Part shown: positions 56,414-64,000 of the stretch, piece by piece
Layout of the letters: each line of letters starts with the position of its first letter
Numbering within the stretch: the stretch's first letter is position 1
Source: Bacilli bacterium
Lineage (GTDB): Bacteria; Bacillota_I; Bacilli_A; ML615J-28; CAG-313
DNA: 64,000 nucleotides
NCBI GenBank assembly: GCA_045589955.1
Contig: JAZNQD010000009.1
Coordinates: forward strand, 48,294-112,293
Direction: 5' to 3'
Translations under genes and position numbers: made by a program
Notes under the pieces: model-generated
What the model was told of the DNA's origin: nothing
Database searches by the model: none
Seen by the model: the letters and a program-made list of their open reading frames with translations, nothing else

Positions 56414-58090
56414 TTAGCCTACTAATACTACTTTATATGTTCCAGCAGTAACATTGCTAGAAGTATTCATTTTGATAGTAACAGTATTTTCAGTTGTAAT
56501 AACGTCTGTAATAACTTCTTCATTAGTAGCAACTTCTTTAACAGTTACAACGACATCTTCACCAAATGTATGTTCAACTGTCCACGTAGCAACGCCACCA
56601 GCTGGAGTTAATTCATCGTTTAAAGCTACAACTTTGTGAACAGCACCGCCAGAAACAGCAGCAACTTCTTCTTTAGTAGCATAAGTTTGTTCAGCATCAG
56701 TTTTAGCTAAATATGTATTAGCAGCATCTGTCTTATTTAAATATGTTTCAGCAATTTGTTCAGCTGTAAGATAAGGTGTTAAATCGATATCACCACCTAA
56801 ATCATCCCAGTGACCAGGCTCACTATCTGTAGCAGCAACCCAAGCATAATTTTCACCAGTTGCTTTTACATTATATACATCACCTTCAACGTTACCTTCA
56901 GTTGGTAAATCAGCAACTGCTTCTACTGAACCTTTGAATTTATAAACAGAAGAAACTTTAGCGTCAACTTCTTCTTTAGTATAAGCATCGGTGATACCAT
57001 AACCAGCTAATGTATCAGCCTTATCAGCTTTGTTATCTAAAGCGGCTTGTGTAGCATCAGAAATTGGTTTATCTTTATCGGCTGTATTATCAACGTTTTC
57101 TAAACCAACAGAAACTTTATCTAATACAACAACACCTGTTTGACCATTAACAGAAACAACAGCTGAACTTGCACTCAATACGCCATTTTCATCGATAGAC
57201 AAGTTAGCACCAACTTTGATACCACCAAGTGTATCAGCAGATGCAACAGGCAATGTATAGTTATATGTACCAGCGATAGTTACTGTACCATCTTCATTTT
57301 CAGTTAATGAAATATTATCGCCAGCTACTAATTTATTTTGTTTTTGATCTAATAATTCGTAAACGTCAATTGCTTCGCCGTCTTTTTGAATGTAGTATAA
57401 AGTATTTTCATCTTTTACATCCAAAGCATCGTATTGTTCTTTTGAACCAACCCACAATTTAATCATTGTAGAGCCAGTGTTAGAATCTTGGATAGCAGTT
57501 ACAACAACATTACCAGTTTCACCATTAACAGAAGCAACAGCGTCTGCCCATGTAGCAGTGGTACCATCAGTTGTTAAGAATTTGCCACCCATACCATCTT
57601 GAGCTGGTAAAGAATCTTTTTCAGCAATCTTATCGTCAACTTCTTGTTTTGTATAAGTATCTTCGATTACACCGTTGATTAATCCTTCGAGCTCAGTATC
57701 TTTGTTATTCAAAGCTTCTTGATCTTGACGATATTGCTCACTATTTACATAATCTAAATTATCAACAGTAACTTTGTAGTCATTAAATTCTTGTTGAAGA
57801 CCTTCGAAGTCTGATTGATTTGTTTTACCATCGATGGCAGTTTGAAGTTCTTGAACTTTTCCTTCATAAGTAGCAGCGTCTACTTTGCCATTTAAAGCTT
57901 CTTGCATTTCTGCGAGAGTAGCATAGTGAGTCCATGCACCATTCTCGTAGAAACTAAATTTGTTTTCTGCTGTATCATAATAAGCTTGACCATTTTTTGC
58001 ATTTTCCGGTGCGATTGCAAGATTTTGCAAGACGGCATTTTGCAATTCATTCTTATTAAGATCTATAGCAACTAAAAACTTTTTAGCCAT
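56414..58090 (-). CDS. tail fibre protein with phage tail-fibre repeat
   Basis: VDNTADKDKPISDATQAALDNKADKAD (N.t.DldKPvS.Atq.AL motif), KQNKLVAGDNISL. Confidence 0.65.
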   Translation of the reverse strand: MAKKFLVAIDLNKNELQNAVLQNLAIAPENAKNGQAYYDTAENKFSFYENGAWTHYATLAEMQEALNGKVDAATYEGKVQELQTAIDGKTNQSDFEGLQQEFNDYKVTVDNLDYVNSEQYRQDQEALNNKDTELEGLINGVIEDTYTKQEVDDKIAEKDSLPAQDGMGGKFLTTDGTTATWADAVASVNGETGNVVVTAIQDSNTGSTMIKLWVGSKEQYDALDVKDENTLYYIQKDGEAIDVYELLDQKQNKLVAGDNISLTENEDGTVTIAGTYNYTLPVASADTLGGIKVGANLSIDENGVLSASSAVVSVNGQTGVVVLDKVSVGLENVDNTADKDKPISDATQAALDNKADKADTLAGYGITDAYTKEEVDAKVSSVYKFKGSVEAVADLPTEGNVEGDVYNVKATGENYAWVAATDSEPGHWDDLGGDIDLTPYLTAEQIAETYLNKTDAANTYLAKTDAEQTYATKEEVAAVSGGAVHKVVALNDELTPAGGVATWTVEHTFGEDVVVTVKEVATNEEVITDVITTENTVTIKMNTSSNVTAGTYKVVLVG

Positions 58091-58109
58091 TATTTATCAT
58101 CTCCATTTG

Positions 58110-58574
58110 TTAATTTAAGTATACTTTTCCTGCGAATGGAGATGAAAACTTAACAACGATATTATTCTTATCGATGTATTGTACATCTCCCATTACGGTT
58201 GTTCCTGCCGAATCAACCACCGTTACACTAGGATATCTATCTAAATTATGACCAATGTCCCAGCGAGTGTTTGCTTCAGCTTGAGTAAATACATACGTGG
58301 TAATTTTAACTTCAGATGAATCAGAATTTCCACCAAAAGTTGTCCAATACTCGTTTGTAATTCCTCCTCTTAAAACATAGCACGTGTTAGTTTCTTCGAC
58401 ATAAACAGCCATGCCTATTTTACGGCGTGGGATAGAAATTGCATCTCGAGCAGCAATATTTTCTACTTCACGCCAACCACCTTTTCCATATTCTGAATAA
58501 TGTGTTGGAAAAAGATCTTCTGTTGTAAATGGCACAATGCCTGAAGGTAAATTAATTCCAGTTAAATTTGCCAT
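58110..58574 (-). CDS. hypothetical structural protein
   Basis: 154 aa. Confidence 0.45.
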   Translation of the reverse strand: MANLTGINLPSGIVPFTTEDLFPTHYSEYGKGGWREVENIAARDAISIPRRKIGMAVYVEETNTCYVLRGGITNEYWTTFGGNSDSSEVKITTYVFTQAEANTRWDIGHNLDRYPSVTVVDSAGTTVMGDVQYIDKNNIVVKFSSPFAGKVYLN

Positions 58575-58577
58575 TTG

Positions 58578-59318
58578 TTATAAAACCTCTACTGAAATAC
58601 TTGCACCAGTTTGAATATTTGCACTTCGATATATTACATAAGCCGAGGTATATCCATTTTTACTTGTAACATTTACGTTATTTGTAACTAAATCACTATA
58701 TACAAATCCATTTGCTTTAAATGATATCCCTGATACAAAAGATGCAGGTAAAACAAAATAAAAATACTTACCACCACTACAATTAAATACTCGCGATTGT
58801 TTACGAGAACTTGCTAACGCAGATGAAAAATTAACAATCGTATCATTATCAAGTACCTCTAATTCAGAAGAACCCCAATAAATTCTATATTGGAATGAAA
58901 TTGAAGTGCTTGCACTAGCAGTTTTTTTACCATCACCAACAGTTATTGTATATGTACGATTAGAAGTAATATTTGCATTTGTTACAGCGTATTTTCTTAA
59001 TGTTGGATCGAGTGTACCAATACCCTGATTAATTGATTGTATAGTTATATCTTTATTAGTAGTCCAGCTTAAATTTACAGTATTTACTACCGTACCCATT
59101 TCTTGTGTTGAACCACCAGATAATTTAACTGTAGGAGCTTCATATAACACTTCTTCTACTTTAGCGGCGAGATTATCTAATTTATATTTATCTGCAGCTG
59201 ACATTAAACCATCTGTCTCTTGCGTAACTAAAGGGATAGGATCTGTATATGGAATCAAATACGTTCCATCTCTATCTTTTAAAATTACTTTATGTCTAGG
59301 TGTAAAGTCTTTTGTCAT
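58578..59318 (-). CDS. hypothetical structural protein
   Basis: 246 aa. Confidence 0.45.
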   Translation of the reverse strand: MTKDFTPRHKVILKDRDGTYLIPYTDPIPLVTQETDGLMSAADKYKLDNLAAKVEEVLYEAPTVKLSGGSTQEMGTVVNTVNLSWTTNKDITIQSINQGIGTLDPTLRKYAVTNANITSNRTYTITVGDGKKTASASTSISFQYRIYWGSSELEVLDNDTIVNFSSALASSRKQSRVFNCSGGKYFYFVLPASFVSGISFKANGFVYSDLVTNNVNVTSKNGYTSAYVIYRSANIQTGASISVEVL

Positions 59319-60004
59319 TACATTAACGATTCTTCTTCGATTTCACCATCTAAAATTTCATAAGTAATACAAGTATTTAAAATTGTATCAAGATTACTTA
59401 AATTTTGAGCTACTGTATTTTCAGCTGTGATGTAATTGCCTTCTTGCATTTTACCGATTAAATTATCTTTAAGATAAGGCATATCAATCGAAATTAATGC
59501 ATCAGGAGTAATAACAATACCTTCACCTGCTGTATAATTCGTAATTAAATCATCTACCAGAATATAAATATGACTATTATCAGTATTGGCTAAAATCAAA
59601 TCAATATATTTTTGACCCGGTACCCAACCTGCAACTGGCTGATCTGGTTCAAGAACTTCTTGTACAGAGCCGGATTTAACAACCATATCAGAAGGAATGT
59701 TGATAATATCACCAACTGGTTCGTTACCTTTCATTAATTGGTAACTAGCAGAATATCCTTCTTCGGCAGTTTCTGATTTTTTAATTGTATACTCGGCGCC
59801 TTCGTTTATTTCAATATTTACGCGTTTATCTACAATTTTTTGTTCGATGCCATTAACTAAAATCTTTTCTAGTTTATTGACTTGAGCACCTGCTTCTACT
59901 GCACCTAAATCTTCGCCTTTGTCATTATAAACAATGGAAGCTTTTGTTCTAGGATAAAGATAATTACCTCTAAGGTCTTTAATCTGAATTTTCTTTTCTG
60001 CCAT
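59318..60004 (-). CDS. tail fibre N-terminal anchor paralog
   Basis: MAEKKIQIKDLRGNYLYPRTKASIVY parallels 43907..45583 N-terminus. Confidence 0.5.
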   Translation of the reverse strand: MAEKKIQIKDLRGNYLYPRTKASIVYNDKGEDLGAVEAGAQVNKLEKILVNGIEQKIVDKRVNIEINEGAEYTIKKSETAEEGYSASYQLMKGNEPVGDIINIPSDMVVKSGSVQEVLEPDQPVAGWVPGQKYIDLILANTDNSHIYILVDDLITNYTAGEGIVITPDALISIDMPYLKDNLIGKMQEGNYITAENTVAQNLSNLDTILNTCITYEILDGEIEEESLM

Positions 60005-60015
60005 TTAAATATCCT

Positions 60016-62709
60016 CTAAAAATCAATAGCTTCATCAACACCGACAATCATGAAGCCGGCAGATGTAACCAATTTAACCATACGATCCAACCTTTGTTCT
60101 AACGCTGCAATTTTATCTTCATATTCATTGCATTTTGCTTCATATTCAACCCTAGTAACATAACCAACACCAGGATTAATTGGAATATAGCCGGATTCGT
60201 CATAGCCAGAATCATCGTAATTAGATTCATCATAACCCGATTCATCATAATCCGGAGTAATTTCAGATTCTTCTTTATCACTTAAATCAACTGAAATAAC
60301 GTTACCTGTAATACGAATACCATAACCTGGAATTAATCTATCTTGTTTTTCAGATTCCAAATAACTTATTGCTTGTGTAACATATCCTACATTACGTGAA
60401 ATACTAGTTACGCTGTTATTTAATAATTCTTCAGCCTCTAAAGCACGTTCGGTTTCAGCTTTTAATTCATTGGCACTTACGTATTCACCTTTTTGTTGAA
60501 TACCTAAATCATCGAGAGTTAATGCGCCTTTTAATTCTGTACCGTTAACGTAAGGTTTATCAATTAAATCGTCATAAGAATCGATATTATTAACAACTGA
60601 TATTACATCGTTTTCTAAGATAATACCGTTACCTGCTTTTAATGTAGCTTGTAAGCCCAAATCTTCAGAAGTTTTATTTCCTTCTAAAACAACATTATTT
60701 ATAGAAGGCTTATCGGTAAGGTCAGTATAAAGATAATTTGCTGAGATTACGTTTTCTTTAATTGAAATGTGTTCGCCAGCAATCAAAGTATCTTGTTTTT
60801 TAGATAAACCACTATTTAACTCATCTTTAGAAGCTTTTATTTCATCTAAATTTGCTAATAATGCATTATTACGGTCTACATCTGCGTTATATCTTTCAAT
60901 ATTAACGAAATGTGTATCTACCCAAAGTTTAGTATATGCATCATTAATACCATATCCGTGTAAAGTAGTAGCCTTATCAGCTTTAGTATTTAATAATTCA
61001 TCGGTTTCGGTTTTGGTATATGCGTCTAAGATACCGTATTCTTCTAAACTACTGCCTTTATCAGCCTTAGTGTTCAAATCGGTATTAGTAGCATAATCAC
61101 CGGCAGGCTGTATTCCTAATTCATCTAAAGATTTATTACCTACTAATTCAACATCATTAATTAAAGGTTTACCCGTTAAAAATTCATAAGGAGTAACAAT
61201 ATTTGCAGCCGAAATTGTATTACCTTCAATTACAATGTTCTCACCTGCTTCTAAAATATCTTGTTTTGTATCAATTTTCTCATTTAAAGAATCTAATACA
61301 AACAATGTTGCTTTAGAAATAGGTTTGTCTAAGTCTGAAGTATTATCTACATTTTCTAATTGTAAATCATCTTTTGTTAATAATACGTTACCATTTTCGT
61401 CAGGTCCAACATTATTAACAGTAACAATAGCAGATGTGGCTGAAATTACATCATTTTCAATAGTGATATTATTTCCAGCTGTTAATTTATTTTGTTTTGT
61501 TTCTAAGCCTATTTCTAAATTAGCAACTCTAACTACAGCCGAATCTAAGTTAGTAGTTAATAAATGTTCAGCTTTAATTGCACGATTTTGTTCAGCAGTA
61601 ATAGCAGCATTTAATTCAGAAGTTGTTATATAATCAGTTAAATCTAATGCAGTATTACCGATTAATTCCCAAGTATTATTAACCCACATATACTCTTCAT
61701 ATATGTTTTTATCAGCAGAAATTTTACTTGGTATGAAATATAATACTTTAGTTTTACCAACTTCAGGTAAATCTTCTAAAACCTCTACATTTAAAACTGC
61801 TAAATCGGCAATCATACCTTTTAATTTAGTAAGGTCTGTGTCAATTTTAGCAGATGAATACGTAGATGAATATGAAGACTCAAAATCGTTAATAACAGCA
61901 GAATTATTTAAAGGTATCCATTCGCCATTTGATCTTACATATTCTTTATTATCTTTTGGAGCGTCTGGAATACCAACATCTAAGAAATGAAATACGGTTT
62001 GATTGCCATTTTCATCAATACCATATAAAGTATTTGGTACATTTTGCTTTTCTAATTTATCATCTAAAGCAACAGATAAGGCAGCATTATCAGAAGGTTC
62101 GCCTTTTAAATTTGCAAATGAAATTTCTTTATCTGCAACCGGTGCATAAATAATAACACCATCAAATAAAGCTTCTGTAGGATCAACGAAAGTAACTAAA
62201 ACTTGATGTCCACTTGCAAAAATTACAATGTCATTTTCTTTTAATGAAGCAGGTGGAGTTACGGCTAATGCTTGTAAACCATTTAAGTTTTTGAGCTCAT
62301 CGCCAATTGCTAAATCGTCCGGTAATTCTTGTTGACTAGTAAATCTATCTGGTACAGCAACACCAGGTACAGAAATTTTACGTACCGGACCATCTCCAGA
62401 AATAACAACATTAACACCTGCAATTAAAGTATCAATTTTCTCATCAAATACGCCTTGTGTGAAAACAGGATACTCTTGAGCACTTGGAATTGAGCCTTTG
62501 CCCGCACGAATTTCAGCATATGTATGATTACCATCACCTAGTACATAATATAGACCAGTTTTTCCATGCTTTTCAAAATCATCATCATTGTAAAATGCAT
62601 ATGCTTGGGTATCTAGCGGTATTACTCTATTGTAATAAAGTCCGCCTTTTTCGTATTCTGACACATCTCGAATAAAACGATGTATCACTTTATTTTGAAT
62701 AGCCGCCAT
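60016..62709 (-). CDS. long tail fibre protein
   Basis: 897 aa; repeats GKPLINDVELVGNKSLDELGIQPAGDY, DKPSINNVVLEGNKTSEDLGLQ, VDNTSDLDKPISKATL, TKQDILEAGENIVIEG. Confidence 0.7.
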   Translation of the reverse strand: MAAIQNKVIHRFIRDVSEYEKGGLYYNRVIPLDTQAYAFYNDDDFEKHGKTGLYYVLGDGNHTYAEIRAGKGSIPSAQEYPVFTQGVFDEKIDTLIAGVNVVISGDGPVRKISVPGVAVPDRFTSQQELPDDLAIGDELKNLNGLQALAVTPPASLKENDIVIFASGHQVLVTFVDPTEALFDGVIIYAPVADKEISFANLKGEPSDNAALSVALDDKLEKQNVPNTLYGIDENGNQTVFHFLDVGIPDAPKDNKEYVRSNGEWIPLNNSAVINDFESSYSSTYSSAKIDTDLTKLKGMIADLAVLNVEVLEDLPEVGKTKVLYFIPSKISADKNIYEEYMWVNNTWELIGNTALDLTDYITTSELNAAITAEQNRAIKAEHLLTTNLDSAVVRVANLEIGLETKQNKLTAGNNITIENDVISATSAIVTVNNVGPDENGNVLLTKDDLQLENVDNTSDLDKPISKATLFVLDSLNEKIDTKQDILEAGENIVIEGNTISAANIVTPYEFLTGKPLINDVELVGNKSLDELGIQPAGDYATNTDLNTKADKGSSLEEYGILDAYTKTETDELLNTKADKATTLHGYGINDAYTKLWVDTHFVNIERYNADVDRNNALLANLDEIKASKDELNSGLSKKQDTLIAGEHISIKENVISANYLYTDLTDKPSINNVVLEGNKTSEDLGLQATLKAGNGIILENDVISVVNNIDSYDDLIDKPYVNGTELKGALTLDDLGIQQKGEYVSANELKAETERALEAEELLNNSVTSISRNVGYVTQAISYLESEKQDRLIPGYGIRITGNVISVDLSDKEESEITPDYDESGYDESNYDDSGYDESGYIPINPGVGYVTRVEYEAKCNEYEDKIAALEQRLDRMVKLVTSAGFMIVGVDEAIDF

Positions 62710-62796
62710 AATTTACATAACCTATTTAGATCTAAATTTTATTATCTTATTTAGTTAGAACTTTGATAACTAAATAATTACAAAGTTACAATACTA

Positions 62797-64000
62797 TCAA
62801 ATATCTGCATTTGTCGCGATTTGAAATACTACCGAACCTGTACAATAGAATAGCTTACCTGTCTTTTTATTATATGATAATCTACCTGCTCCTAATGTCG
62901 TAGCTGGAATTACACCATTCATTTTTACCCAGGTGCTAGTTTTTGAATCAAACTGTAAAACACTATTAGAAGTCAAATCATAGATATAACCATCTGGATC
63001 AGTAACACTTATATTCTCGTACATAGAGTAAGGTTGAGATAAAGTACTGTATCCCCAAGAAGATGCACCTTTAAAGTTATTTAATACAGGATATTGACTT
63101 GACAATGCATCTAAATCAATAGTCATTCTAGTATTTTCATCAATTGTACTACTGTTAAATTGTGAACAAGCCGCTGTGAATACATTATCATTTCTTGTCA
63201 TATGAATAACAGTACCTGTACCAATTAAACTTGTTCCCCAGTTTGTTGTTGCATCACTAGATGGTATTATTATAGTCGAAGTTTTATCAGCCAATAAAAT
63301 CTGGTTATAAGCAGTTGATCCCATATCATAAGTACAATGGTCTACTTTACAAATCCACTTATAGGTACCTGAATTATTCCAAGGTGAACGAATAAACGAT
63401 AAAGTATGTTGCTTACCATTAGCATCTGTAGCAAAAGCAGCTACCATACCAATTTGGTCATCATCTTCCCCAGTTGAATACAATCTTACTTTTATATCAT
63501 ATGATGAATAAGATTTTGGACTAACAAAACCACAATAAGACTCAGTATTTAACGGTTGAACCACAGTATTAATATCTGCATCATATGTCCAAGCAGACAA
63601 TTCTTCTGGCTTAGCATCATCTACACCATTCAAATGTGAAAACTTTAACCAATTATTAAAGACTTCTTCAAAAGATGGTGCACTATTTTTACATGTTTCT
63701 AAATCAGCAGCGGTAGCAACAACAAAACCTTCATTCATTAAAGGTTGTGAGAAAACGTTAGTACCATTATGATATAAAAGCTCGCCATTATTACCGTTTA
63801 TAATGTCTTGCTTAGCATCTGTTAATGTTTTAATACCTTTTGAATATACAGGATTTGTAGAGTCCGCAGTAGGAACTTCATCAAAAGTTAAAGTATCTTG
63901 TTTATTAGCTATTTCATCTCTGGTAGCATAAACAATTGAAGCTTCATCTACAGTTAAAAACTCTTCTGGAATTTCTGTTAAATATCCACTATCATTTATT
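62797..64000 (-). CDS. tail fibre-like protein (partial; frame stays open to window end, ORF-track start at 63738 is an internal Met)
   Basis: Hand translation upstream of 63738 stays open (…KQDTLTFDEVPTADST…NGTNVFSQPLMNEGFVV…) and contains a KQDTL fibre motif. Confidence 0.5.
   Translation of the reverse strand, partial: INDSGYLTEIPEEFLTVDEASIVYATRDEIANKQDTLTFDEVPTADSTNPVYSKGIKTLTDAKQDIINGNNGELLYHNGTNVFSQPLMNEGFVVATAADLETCKNSAPSFEEVFNNWLKFSHLNGVDDAKPEELSAWTYDADINTVVQPLNTESYCGFVSPKSYSSYDIKVRLYSTGEDDDQIGMVAAFATDANGKQHTLSFIRSPWNNSGTYKWICKVDHCTYDMGSTAYNQILLADKTSTIIIPSSDATTNWGTSLIGTGTVIHMTRNDNVFTAACSQFNSSTIDENTRMTIDLDALSSQYPVLNNFKGASSWGYSTLSQPYSMYENISVTDPDGYIYDLTSNSVLQFDSKTSTWVKMNGVIPATTLGAGRLSYNKKTGKLFYCTGSVVFQIATNADI

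Noticed and set aside
60099-62675. Small internal ORFs within the long tail-fibre gene (60099..60281, 60767..61096, 61235..61633, 61703..61990, 61929..62153, 62484..62675)
   Set aside because: All are embedded in or antisense to the 897-aa fibre CDS, with no independent start signals.

Overview
This window is AT-rich (about 30% GC) and reads as a segment of a large tailed phage (myovirus-type) genome. Spanin genes point to a Gram-negative host. It is almost fully coding except for three regions, laid out as follows. (1) 1-4804, minus strand: a tight block of small early-type ORFs. (2) 4805-6697: a 1.9 kb ORF-free region with three ~125-bp tandem repeats, a local G-rich island carrying 14-mer iterons, and a strand-composition switch. 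(3) 6698-17991, minus strand: accessory genes, including a J-domain protein, a T5orf172 protein, a four-gene island of unknown function, a CofE-like ligase and a vWA/MIDAS protein. (4) 9849-22231: four minus-strand tRNA arrays. They hold 21 canonical tRNAs, nearly all with an encoded 3' CCA, plus two truncated tRNA-like elements and one 122-nt tRNA with an internal insertion. A phage acyl carrier protein gene and an RNase H gene are interleaved with them. (5) 22757-28697, minus strand: MazG-like NTP pyrophosphohydrolase, GMP reductase, DnaB-like helicase and an SF2 helicase. (6) 28795-42227, plus strand: a late operon with VRR-NUC, SWIM, two GT2 glycosyltransferases, acidic proteins, a Stealth-family sugar-1-phosphotransferase homolog, tail sheath, putative tube and fibre-like proteins. 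(7) 42306-43169, minus strand: holin, i-spanin and o-spanin lysis cassette. (8) 43907-64000, minus strand: a ~20 kb tail fibre/tailspike locus with PEGA-like repeats and tail-fibre repeat motifs. Two conserved promoter-like motifs are seen: TTTTGTTTTAC(A/T)-N15-18-TATAAT before minus-strand genes, and GTTCTAAT before plus-strand late operons. The observations most worth following are the Stealth plus GT2 glycosylation module, the vWA/DUF2828 (possibly Ro/TROVE-like) protein beside tRNA-like RNAs, the ACP and CofE-like ligase, and the repeat-rich noncoding region.
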